A stretch of DNA of 64,000 nucleotides, from assembly GCA_028716045.1 (NCBI GenBank), contig JAQUQO010000001.1, positions 632,961 through 696,960 on the forward strand, in the 5' to 3' direction. This document shows positions 21,398-30,483 of the stretch, one piece after another. The translations under genes were made by a program, and so were the position numbers. Position 1 is the first letter of the stretch, and every line of letters begins with the position of its first letter. Source of the stretch: Patescibacteria group bacterium. Its GTDB lineage: Bacteria > Patescibacteriota > Patescibacteriia > JAQUQO01. The notes below the pieces were generated by a model that had not been told where the DNA came from, ran no database searches, and saw only the letters and a program-made list of their open reading frames with translations.

Positions 21398-21991
21398 TTA
21401 GCTGGTCATGTTTAAAATTGACTCCAAAACAACCGGCAACTCGGTTATGCCGTCGCCTCCCTCTCCCGGACCCGTGAAATGTCCCTTATGTTTTTCAATT
21501 ACTATTTCTGAACCGAGCTTGTCACGAAAATCGTCCTGATTATCAGCGGACACATACTGGTCATTATCAGAAAAAATAGCCACACTTTTGGGTAAGTGAG
21601 TTTTTGCTTTTGCCAAATCCAGCGGGGCTTCAAGCCAATGTTTGGCAGTTTCACGCACATCTTCTTCGTCTTCAAGATTCGTGAGTCGTTTAAAAAATCC
21701 TGCCACAAAAACCGCCCCGCCAACTTTTACTCCAGCGGGAAGGGATTCTAAATAGCGGGCGATTGCCTGACAACCCATACTATGGCCCACGAGATAGGTA
21801 TTCTCGTCAACGGGACCAACGGTTTCCGCGATTTTCTGAACCCATTTTTGAATTCTTGGGCTTTCTGCGTCAGGAAGCTGCGGGACAAAAACTTTGAATC
21901 CTTTTTCTTCTAATTCTTTCTCCAGCCACGGGAACCACCCTTCCTCGGGATAGCCGTCCCAGCCGTGGATTATAAAAATTCTTTTATTCAT
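21398..21991 (-). CDS. RBBP9/YdeN family alpha/beta hydrolase
   Basis: IIHGW, WFPWL, VGHSMG nucleophile elbow, SDNDQYV, GHF. Confidence 0.92.
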   Translation of the reverse strand: MNKRIFIIHGWDGYPEEGWFPWLEKELEEKGFKVFVPQLPDAESPRIQKWVQKIAETVGPVDENTYLVGHSMGCQAIARYLESLPAGVKVGGAVFVAGFFKRLTNLEDEEDVRETAKHWLEAPLDLAKAKTHLPKSVAIFSDNDQYVSADNQDDFRDKLGSEIVIEKHKGHFTGPGEGGDGITELPVVLESILNMTS

Positions 21992-22116
21992 AAAATTACT
22001 TCTTAATAATATTCACTAATAAATTTTAACAAATTTTAACGCGGCTGACAAATAAAAAAGAGCCGATTCGCAATGCGAATGGCTCTTATTGAGTAGAGCG
22101 AAAAAGTACCTACGGC

Positions 22117-22893
22117 TCAAATGACGAGCTGATTGACGAGCTGATTACGGTATTTTTCGAGTTGGCGGCGCCATATTTGAATAATTTTTGGCTGGGCCAG
22201 CTTAGTAACAAATAACTCCTCGCCGGCTTGTTGATGTTGAGGATTGGGCACGGGATCAAAAACTTCCTCAGTACTGCCGAGTTGCTCAACTATTTCATTA
22301 TTGCCCACGAGTTTAGTAAAAATATCGGCGAGACTACGGATGCCACTAAGACCAAGATTGGCCCAAGTGACCACAATGTCTCCATTACTTGCGGCCAGTT
22401 CTCTGGCAATAGCCGGAGCATCTTTGTCGCTCTCAACCAGTATTTTAAACATCCGGAAGTGTGGGAGTGAGTCCGAGGGTGAAACATATGGTCCGTGAGC
22501 TTGCGGCCAGAAGACGATGCCGCGTCTTGGACCGCTGACCTCAAATTCGATGTTTAGAGAAACGCGAAGATCAAATTTATCTCCATCGTCCTCAAGTAGT
22601 AGAAAATTCCAGTAGTTGCTGACTATCTCTCCTGGAATCTCTTTCTGGGGATTTTCATCCACCAAAGTAAAAATTTTATTGCGACAGTCCAAACGCGCTT
22701 GCGGCGTGATTCCTTGTTTTGCTAAAACGGCCAGCAAATTGTCGCTCAGCACATACTCTTTGATTGACTTGAAGCCGGCTTCCGGAACGTTCTCGTCTTC
22801 AAGCTTTAAGCCCTTATATGCAGCGGTTTTAGTGAGAAGATCGGACAGAGTAAAAGTGTCCACGCCCGGAGACAAAGTTAGTTTTTTTTCCAT
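22117..22893 (-). CDS. hypothetical protein
   Basis: 258-aa ORF with AAGGAGG RBS and downstream hairpin; family not recognised. Confidence 0.75.
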   Translation of the reverse strand: MEKKLTLSPGVDTFTLSDLLTKTAAYKGLKLEDENVPEAGFKSIKEYVLSDNLLAVLAKQGITPQARLDCRNKIFTLVDENPQKEIPGEIVSNYWNFLLLEDDGDKFDLRVSLNIEFEVSGPRRGIVFWPQAHGPYVSPSDSLPHFRMFKILVESDKDAPAIARELAASNGDIVVTWANLGLSGIRSLADIFTKLVGNNEIVEQLGSTEEVFDPVPNPQHQQAGEELFVTKLAQPKIIQIWRRQLEKYRNQLVNQLVI

Positions 22894-23052
22894 ATTTCTA
22901 CACCTCCTTACAGTGTGTTTTCAGGGTACAAATTAAGTCAAACACCAGTTTGACCTTCCTTTGGCGTAAATTACACTAAATCAAATAAAAAAGCAAGGGG
23001 AAATAAAAAAGCAAAAATTCCGAAAAATTTCTGCTATAACTCTAAATTTTTT

Positions 23053-23661
23053 TTACCCCAAATTTTCAATCCTTTGCGCGACTGCCCGCCAATTAATTAT
23101 GCTCCAAAAAGCCTCCACATACTTCCCCTTCTCGTTTTTTTGGTCAATATAGAAAGCGTGCTCAAACATATCTAAAACTAATAAAATTTTAAATCCCGGA
23201 TAAACATTCGTGTTATGCTTTTCTATCTGCATAATCAACGGACGATTGGTTTGGCGGCAAAAAGTTAACGCCGCCCAGCCCGACCCCTCCACACTCATGG
23301 CCGCTTTGGTAAACTCGTCTTTAAATCTTTCAAAACTGCCAAACTCTTCCTTAATAACTTCCGCTAATTTTCCTTCCGGCTCTTTGGTGGTTTTTTCAAC
23401 CGGAGACAAATTTTGCCAGAAAAGAGAATGCAAAATGTGCCCGCCGATATTCCAAGATAAATCTTTGGATGTCGCTTTCATATCTAGCTCTGCTCCGGAC
23501 CCTCTTGCTTTATCCAATTTTTCCAAAGCCGCGTTGGCGCCCTTAACATAGGCGGCATGATGCTTTTGATAATGGACGGTTAACTGCTCTTCGGAAATGT
23601 ACGGCTCCAAATCTTTATAGCCGTATGGCAAATCGGGAAGAGAATAAAATTTGTTATTCAT
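23053..23661 (-). CDS. sod: Fe/Mn superoxide dismutase
   Basis: LPDLPY, HYQKHH, GGHILHSLFW, GSGW, DMFEHAFY. Confidence 0.96.
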   Translation of the reverse strand: MNNKFYSLPDLPYGYKDLEPYISEEQLTVHYQKHHAAYVKGANAALEKLDKARGSGAELDMKATSKDLSWNIGGHILHSLFWQNLSPVEKTTKEPEGKLAEVIKEEFGSFERFKDEFTKAAMSVEGSGWAALTFCRQTNRPLIMQIEKHNTNVYPGFKILLVLDMFEHAFYIDQKNEKGKYVEAFWSIINWRAVAQRIENLG

Positions 23662-23753
23662 AAATATCTGTTTATTTATCTTTCTGATATTTTAACATTA
23701 AATAATGGAAAATAAAAAGCCCCGTTCGCATTTTGCTACTAGGGGCGGGTTTA

Positions 23754-24050
23754 TTACAGGCCATAATTGACTACGTGCCGGCATGTCCAGCGATTGCATT
23801 CCGCTCGACCCGGGTTGCTAGGAGTGGTGTAAAGCGACATATGGCCACACGATGGACATCTCTCCGGAGCGGGCGTGATTTGCCCGCACTTCTCACATCC
23901 TACTATCGTTTCGCCCTGCGCTCCCCGAAACCACCGGTACTTTCGACACGTTGAGCACCAGTAGCCGAACGCTCGCCTTTGATAAAGACAAAGTAAAATT
24001 ATTAGGAGTACAACGATTCCGATAACTCCGATAATAAGTACTTTTCCCAT
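23754..24050 (-). CDS. membrane-anchored Cys-rich (zinc-ribbon) protein
   Basis: N-terminal TM then CSTC, CEKC, CPSC, CNRWTC; AAGGAGG RBS, own promoter. Confidence 0.7.
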   Translation of the reverse strand: MGKVLIIGVIGIVVLLIILLCLYQRRAFGYWCSTCRKYRWFRGAQGETIVGCEKCGQITPAPERCPSCGHMSLYTTPSNPGRAECNRWTCRHVVNYGL

Positions 24051-24243
24051 ATATTCCTCCTTTTGGGTCTTTCGACCTTTTTTCTATGTTCATGATTAGC
24101 TACAATAACAAAATAGTGTAACACAAAACTTGAAATTTGTCAAGATTAGGTAAAATTAATATTAAGGGGTTATTTTTTACAAAATAAGGTAGCCGATGTT
24201 AAAAAAACAAAAAACCCCGCAATTAAAATTGCGAGGTCCAATT

Positions 24244-24330
24244 TGGTGCCCAGGAGAGGATTTGAACCTCCAAGCCCTTGCGGGCGCTACCACCTCAAGG
24301 TAGTGCGTCTACCAATTTCGCCACCTGGGC
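24244..24330 (-). tRNA. tRNA-Leu(GAG)
   Basis: GCCCAGG/CCTGGGC acceptor, CTACC-TTGAGGT-GGTAG, long variable arm GCCCGCAAGGGC, CCA. Confidence 0.96.
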
Positions 24331-24435
24331 CTTTCGATTCGCTACGCTCACTCAAGACCTATTAAGTGTTAAACACATGCTTTTCTAAATAATCCTGAGC
24401 GAACGAAGTGAGTCGAAGGATTTCGCCACTTAGGC
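24330..24435. repeat. imperfect inverted-repeat element plus a 5' remnant of tRNA-Leu
   Basis: cctttcgattcgctacgctcactcaaga ... tcctgagcgaacgaagtgagtcgaagga; 24420-24435 reads GCCTAAGTGGCGAAAT on the minus strand. Confidence 0.7.
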
Positions 24436-24479
24436 AAAATAAAAAAATATCTTAGCCTTAATAACAAAAAAAATCAAGT

Positions 24480-26243
24480 TTACATTTCCTCAAGCGGTTC
24501 AATGCCCAAAATCTCAAGTCCTTTCTCTAAAACAATTTTTACCGAGCTAATCAAAGCCAAACGCGCTTGCCTAGTGGCCGCGTCCGCTTTGAGCACCGGA
24601 ATGTCGTGGTAAAAATTGGCGAACTCTTTGGCTAAATCGTAAAGATAGCGCGGCAATAAAGACATATCAAAATTGGTCATCGCCTTTTCTGCAATTGCCG
24701 GAAATTCCCCCAACGCTAAAACTAAACTTTTCTCTCTTTCTGAATTTAATAAGGAATAATCAATTTTGCCTCTGGCCGGACGGGGGGCTTTTCTTAAAAT
24801 ACTGTTAATTCTCGCCACCGTATATTCAATATACGGTCCGGTAAAACCGTCAAAAGACAGCGCTTCCTTTATATTGAAAACCACGACTTTGCCCGCGTCA
24901 TGCTTTAAAAGGTCAAATTTAATCGCCGCGAGAGAGATTTTTTTGGCAGTAGCTTTAATCTTTTTCTGATTCCAATCTTTGTGTCGCTTAGCCGTTTCTT
25001 TTATTGTTTGTTCCAACACCTCTTCATACAATTCTCGGAAGGTGACAATGTTCCCCTTGCGGGAAGACATGGCTCCCTCGGGCAAAGTGACAAATTCATA
25101 AGCCAAATGCTTCATCGGCTTTTTAAAACCGATGAGTTCCAGGGTTTTAAATAATTGTTTAAAATATTGTGTCTGGCGGGCATCCACCACGTGAATACTT
25201 TCCCCCAATTTTTTATAATCCTTAAATTTCTTTTGCGCTAAAGCTAAATCCTTAGTGGCGTAAAGCGACGTGCCATCGGATTTTAACAACAGAAAAACTC
25301 CGAGGTCATAAGGGATTAAATCCATAATAATCGCGCCCTCGCTTTCACGGACAATCCCTTTTTTGTATAAATCTTGAACCAATTTTTTGCCCGGCTTCTC
25401 CACTTCGCTTTCAAAATAATATCTGTCAAATTTCACGCCTAATTCTTTATAAATATCTTTAAATTCTTTTAAACTCCACTGGCGGGTCTTTTTCCATAAG
25501 GTGTTTAATTTTTTATCTCCCGCTTCCAGTTTTTGCTGAATTTGAGCAACTTCGTCTTTATATTCCGGATGTTCTTCAATTTCTCTACTCGCCCAAGCAT
25601 AAATAGTCCCTAAATATTCGCCCTTATTTTTTATTCTTTTAATTTTGATTTTTTCCGCCGGGGGCGGATCCGCCTTTAGCGGAAATTTTTCCTTTTTAAT
25701 TTTTTGGTATCCCCACAGGCACTTAGCCACATGCGCGCCGATGTCTCCGGGATAATTGACGGCGACAACTTTGTAGCCGGCGTTGCGATACAGATTTATT
25801 AACTCATCGCCCAATAAAGTATTTCGCAAGTGGCCGACATGAAATTCCTTGTGGGTGTTGGCCTGGGAATATTCTACCATCACCTGTTTACCCTTGCCCA
25901 AATTTAATGAACCGTATTTCCCCTTTGCCCTCACTATTTCTGATAAAATTGACTCCGTGATTTTGCCTTTATTCAAAAAAATGTTAACATACGGCCCCTT
26001 ACTCTCCGCTTTGGCGATTACAGATTTCGGCGCTTTTTCATTAAGATAAATGGCAACATTGGCCGCTATCTCCGCTGGATTTTTTTTCAACTCTTTGGCT
26101 AAACCAAAACAAGCCACCCCCCAATCTCCCATTTCCGGCTGCGGAGGGATAGTTAAATCTTTAGCGGTGAATTGGCCGTGGCTGACGGCCTGATTCAGCA
26201 ACCCAACTAATTCGTTTTTTATTTTTTCTAAATTGTCCATCAA
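24480..26243 (-). CDS. argS: arginine--tRNA ligase
   Basis: VEYSQANT.KEFHVGHLRN, KSDGTSLYATKDLA, MSSRKG, GPYIEY..ARINSILRK, C-terminal LEEM. Confidence 0.97.
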   Translation of the reverse strand: MMDNLEKIKNELVGLLNQAVSHGQFTAKDLTIPPQPEMGDWGVACFGLAKELKKNPAEIAANVAIYLNEKAPKSVIAKAESKGPYVNIFLNKGKITESILSEIVRAKGKYGSLNLGKGKQVMVEYSQANTHKEFHVGHLRNTLLGDELINLYRNAGYKVVAVNYPGDIGAHVAKCLWGYQKIKKEKFPLKADPPPAEKIKIKRIKNKGEYLGTIYAWASREIEEHPEYKDEVAQIQQKLEAGDKKLNTLWKKTRQWSLKEFKDIYKELGVKFDRYYFESEVEKPGKKLVQDLYKKGIVRESEGAIIMDLIPYDLGVFLLLKSDGTSLYATKDLALAQKKFKDYKKLGESIHVVDARQTQYFKQLFKTLELIGFKKPMKHLAYEFVTLPEGAMSSRKGNIVTFRELYEEVLEQTIKETAKRHKDWNQKKIKATAKKISLAAIKFDLLKHDAGKVVVFNIKEALSFDGFTGPYIEYTVARINSILRKAPRPARGKIDYSLLNSEREKSLVLALGEFPAIAEKAMTNFDMSLLPRYLYDLAKEFANFYHDIPVLKADAATRQARLALISSVKIVLEKGLEILGIEPLEEM

Positions 26244-26244
26244 T

Positions 26245-27591
26245 TTATTTCACGATTTTTATAAAATGCCTTTTGCCTTTTTGAATAATAAGCCCTTCCT
26301 TGATAATGTCAAATTCCGTTTCCGGATTTTCCACGGTTTGATTATTAACTTTTACGCCGCCCTGCTCCACCAACCGCCGCGCTTCGCTCTTGGAGGAAGC
26401 TAAGCCGGAATGCACCAGCAGGTCCGTGATATTACATCGGTCTTGATGCGCGGCCACAGTCGGAATGTTTTCCGGTTTTTCCTTTTTTTGAAAAAGGTTA
26501 ACAAAATGCTCTTCGGCTTTTGCGGCGTCTTTGGCCGAGTGATATATCTTAACAATTTCCAACGCCAATTTCATTTTGGCATCGCGCGGGTCTCCGGCAA
26601 GAATGTTTTTAATCTCCTCCGATGGCATGCGAGTACAAATTTCAAAAGCCAATTCCATCAAAGTATCCGGCCAACTCATCACTTTGCCATACATTTCCTC
26701 GGCGGTGTCTTCAAGGGTAATCATATTGCCTTCGGTCTTGCCCATCTTTTTGCCGGTTGGGTCAGTCAAAAGTTTGGTGGTTAAAACAAATTTTTCCTTA
26801 TTTTTTAGGTCTTTCATTAAATCACGGCCGGCAAGCATATTAAATGTTTGGTCATTGCCGCCAACTTCCAAATCAACGTCCATGGCCACCGAATCATAGG
26901 ACTGCATCACGGGATATAAAAATTCGTGGAGGTAAATCGATCTAAATTCAACATCACTAACCATATTCTCTTTATTACACGGCGTACCTAAACCGCACAA
27001 TGGACACGTTGTTACATTCCCAGTTAATTTAGCAGAATTAAAAGATTCTTCACTTTCAAATTGTATGGGAGATTTGAATATCCCCCCGCACTGCACGCAT
27101 TTAACTTTTCTTATCCGCTTCTTAAACATATCCCTCTCGAGCATCTGTTGCACGGTAAAATGCGTTGCTAATTCCAAAATATCGGCAAATTTCAATTTCC
27201 CCAGCCACTTGCTATTATATTTAATCTCAGTTTTCCCCATATCTAAAATCAAGCCAGCTTGTTTTTTGTAATTCTTGGCGTTTTCTAAAACCTGCTTTCG
27301 GGTCAATTTCTGACGAGCAGCGGTTTTATCAGTCGGGTCGCCAATCATGCCGGTAAAGTCGCCGATAAGCAGGATTATTTTATGCCCCAAGTCCTGCAAT
27401 TCGCGCAATTTCATTAAAACCACGCCGTGGCCCATGTGCAAAGCGGGACCGGTCGGGTCAATGCCGGTATAAATTTTTAATTGCTTGCCCGATTTTAATA
27501 CTTTGTCAAAATTATCCTTGGACGGATAAATATTTTCCACGCCCCTTTCCAAAACTTCTTTAATTTTGTCGGGTGATGTATCTATTCTCAT
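26245..27591 (-). CDS. tyrS: tyrosine--tRNA ligase with an inserted zinc-ribbon
   Basis: GIDPTG..LHMGH, IGDPTDK, EFLYP.MQ.YD, GGNDQTFN, KMGKT, C-terminal S4-like domain. Confidence 0.97.
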   Translation of the reverse strand: MRIDTSPDKIKEVLERGVENIYPSKDNFDKVLKSGKQLKIYTGIDPTGPALHMGHGVVLMKLRELQDLGHKIILLIGDFTGMIGDPTDKTAARQKLTRKQVLENAKNYKKQAGLILDMGKTEIKYNSKWLGKLKFADILELATHFTVQQMLERDMFKKRIRKVKCVQCGGIFKSPIQFESEESFNSAKLTGNVTTCPLCGLGTPCNKENMVSDVEFRSIYLHEFLYPVMQSYDSVAMDVDLEVGGNDQTFNMLAGRDLMKDLKNKEKFVLTTKLLTDPTGKKMGKTEGNMITLEDTAEEMYGKVMSWPDTLMELAFEICTRMPSEEIKNILAGDPRDAKMKLALEIVKIYHSAKDAAKAEEHFVNLFQKKEKPENIPTVAAHQDRCNITDLLVHSGLASSKSEARRLVEQGGVKVNNQTVENPETEFDIIKEGLIIQKGKRHFIKIVK

Positions 27592-27595
27592 ATGG

Positions 27596-30328
27596 TTATT
27601 TTAAACTTTCTAATTGCTTATTTAATTTTTCCAACTTGCCCTCGGCTTCTTCTAATTTTTCCTTTTCTTGATTAACAATTTGTTCCGGCGCTTTTTTGAC
27701 GAATTCTTTATTGGATAATTTAGCGTTCAGGCCTTTTACGTATTTTTCTAAATTGCCAAGTTCGTCCTTGATTCTTTCTCCCTCTTTTCGGAAATCAACC
27801 GCATCGCCAAGCTCCAAATAGAATTCCATCTCGCCCACGACCAACGCAATTGCTTTTTCCGGTTTAGCGCCAAATTCAATTGCTTCCAATCTTGCCAAAC
27901 CTTTTATTATTTCCTCATTTTCCTTTATTAGTTTGTTTTCTTTTTTAAATACAATCTTTAATTTTTCCGCGGGAATAATCTTAAACTCTGCTCGGGCATT
28001 GCGAACACTGATAATAATGTTACTTATCAAATCAAAATCTTTTTCTGCTTTCTCATCAATCAATTCTTTATCCTGCTCCGGCCATTTTTCTACAAGTAGC
28101 ATTTCTTTCATGCCCATCTCTTGCCAAATTTGCTCGGTCACAAAGGCCATAAACGGATGCCACATTTTAAGTAAGTCAATCAAAATACTTACTAAAACAT
28201 CATCTTTGCCTTTTTCAATTTTAGAAATTTCAACATACCAATCGGCAAATTCATTCCAAGTAAAATCGCGTAACTTCTCGCCTGCCTGAGAAAAATTATA
28301 ATTTTCCAAATCCTTGGTATATTCCTCTTTTAATTTATTAAATCTGGATAATATCCACTTATCGGCCAGAGTCAGCTTTGTCATCCTGATCCCGCTTAGT
28401 GGGAGAAGGGTCTCTAAATTAGATTCTTCACCCCGAGAACTCGGGATCAGAATGACATTCTTTTTTCTGCCATCAACCGGCATTAAAATATAGCGGCTGA
28501 TATTCCACAGCTTATTGGTAAAATTCCTAAAACCGGCGACTTTTTCTTCACTCAATTTCATATCATTCCCCGGACCAGTCCCGATAACCAAACTCAATCG
28601 CGTAGCGTCGGCGCCGTATTTTTTAATCATATCCAAGGGGTCAATAACATTGCCCAAGGATTTGCTCATTTTCTGCCCCTTTTCATCGCGAATCAATCCG
28701 TGTAAATATACTTCTTTAAAAGGAATTTCGCCCATCACGTAAGTCGTCATTAAAATCATCCTCGCCACCCAAAAAAACAAAATGTCATAACCCGTTTCCA
28801 ATACGCTCGTGGGGTGATATTCTTTTATCTTTGGCGAATTTTTTATCCAATCTTCAAGCGTTTTATGCTGTTCAAAATTTTCCTTCTCTAACATCGTCGT
28901 AAAAGTCCACAGCCCGGAAGAAAACCAAGTGTCTAGGGTGTCGGAATCTTGAATCCACCCCTCGCCTTTGGGCTTTTCTGCTCCGACGTAAATCTCTTCG
29001 CCTTTCTGCCAAACAGGAATCCGGTGTCCGAACCAAATCTGGCGGGAAACGCACCAGTCGCGCAAATTATCAATCCAATGAAAATATATTTTTTCAAATC
29101 TTTCCGGGATAATCTTAATTTGGTCCGTCTCAACTACATGCTTCATTAACTGTTTTAGGGTTACCTCTTGCCCAGATTTAATTCCCTTCAATTTTGAATT
29201 TTGAATTTTGAATTTTGAATTTACTTTGATAAACCATTGCAAGGAAGTCAACGGCTCAACCACGGCCTCACAGCGATAACACAAAGAAATGTTTTGCTCC
29301 ACTTCTTCAACTTTTTCCAAAAGGCCAGCGGCCTCCAACTTCTCCACTACTTTCTCTCGGGCCGCGATAACATCCAGGCCGGAAAATTCTCCGGCATTAA
29401 CCATCTTGCCGTCTTCATCAATTATTTTTTTGACTTCCAGGCCATTTTTTTCAGCCATGGCAAAATCAATCTGGCTGTGCGCCGGCGTGACGCCGAGCGC
29501 GCCCGTGCCATAATTCATATCCACACTTTCGTCACTGATGATTTTGATATTTAATTCCCGCCCGCAAAAATTCGCCTTGAAAATTTTACCAATAAATTTT
29601 TTATAGCGTTTGTCTTTGGGATTAACCGCCACGGCCGTATCGCCCAACTTGGTTTCCGGACGAGTGGTGGCAATTCTTATCGGAAAATCTTTGTCATATT
29701 TGAAGGTGTAGAGCTTGGCCTTCTGCGTTTTGTATTCCACTTCATCATCGGCCAGCGTGGAATGGCACCGCGGGCACCAATTAACAATGCGGTTACCGCG
29801 ATAAATCAAACCGTCGTCATACATTTTTTTAAACACCAGCCGCACGGCGCGCGAACGGACTTCGTCTAGGGTATAGGCCTCGCTGTCCCAATCCAGAGAC
29901 GAACCCATTTTTTTAGTTTGCCTGACGATGGTGCCGTGCGATTCTTCCGCGAATTTTTTTACTTCTTCCAAAAATTTTTCCCGGCCCAAATCATGACGGG
30001 TCTGGCCTTTTTTTTCTTTTAAAATTTTCTCCACTTTGGTCTGGGTGGCGATGGCCGCGTGGTCAGTCCCCGGAATCCACCAAGTTCGCTCGCCCTTCAT
30101 CCTATGGTAACGGACCATAATATCCTCAATGGCTAACATCGCCGCATGACCCATATGCAGCGTGCCAGTCCTATTAGGCGGAGGCAAAACAATGCTAAAA
30201 TAGTTGGCATTCTTTTTTATAAAACCCTTCTCAACACAAACATCGGGATTAAAAAGTCCCGATTTCTCCCATTTTTCATAAATTTTATCCTCGTAATTTT
30301 GCGGTTCGTAGGCTTTGGGCAATTCCAT
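27596..30328 (-). CDS. valS: valine--tRNA ligase
   Basis: PPPNRTGTLHMGH, GTDHAAIATQ, ATTRPET, DWCVSRQIWFGHRIP, KMSKS, C-terminal coiled coil; start MELPK. Confidence 0.98.
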   Translation of the reverse strand: MELPKAYEPQNYEDKIYEKWEKSGLFNPDVCVEKGFIKKNANYFSIVLPPPNRTGTLHMGHAAMLAIEDIMVRYHRMKGERTWWIPGTDHAAIATQTKVEKILKEKKGQTRHDLGREKFLEEVKKFAEESHGTIVRQTKKMGSSLDWDSEAYTLDEVRSRAVRLVFKKMYDDGLIYRGNRIVNWCPRCHSTLADDEVEYKTQKAKLYTFKYDKDFPIRIATTRPETKLGDTAVAVNPKDKRYKKFIGKIFKANFCGRELNIKIISDESVDMNYGTGALGVTPAHSQIDFAMAEKNGLEVKKIIDEDGKMVNAGEFSGLDVIAAREKVVEKLEAAGLLEKVEEVEQNISLCYRCEAVVEPLTSLQWFIKVNSKFKIQNSKLKGIKSGQEVTLKQLMKHVVETDQIKIIPERFEKIYFHWIDNLRDWCVSRQIWFGHRIPVWQKGEEIYVGAEKPKGEGWIQDSDTLDTWFSSGLWTFTTMLEKENFEQHKTLEDWIKNSPKIKEYHPTSVLETGYDILFFWVARMILMTTYVMGEIPFKEVYLHGLIRDEKGQKMSKSLGNVIDPLDMIKKYGADATRLSLVIGTGPGNDMKLSEEKVAGFRNFTNKLWNISRYILMPVDGRKKNVILIPSSRGEESNLETLLPLSGIRMTKLTLADKWILSRFNKLKEEYTKDLENYNFSQAGEKLRDFTWNEFADWYVEISKIEKGKDDVLVSILIDLLKMWHPFMAFVTEQIWQEMGMKEMLLVEKWPEQDKELIDEKAEKDFDLISNIIISVRNARAEFKIIPAEKLKIVFKKENKLIKENEEIIKGLARLEAIEFGAKPEKAIALVVGEMEFYLELGDAVDFRKEGERIKDELGNLEKYVKGLNAKLSNKEFVKKAPEQIVNQEKEKLEEAEGKLEKLNKQLESLK

Positions 30329-30483
30329 ATAAAAATACTTGATTAAACCTATCTTAACATTAAAAACGCTCCAATACAAGGGTTTATCTCAAAAAATATG
30401 GCTTTACTATTATCAACAATCCGCCTACTTGACGCTTTCTTTGGCCGGGGTTATAATAGTTTACTTTGAGAGAAAAAATTTTT

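Noticed and set aside
26944-27108. Intein in TyrRS
   Set aside because: Too short, and no His-Asn followed by Cys/Ser/Thr at the end.
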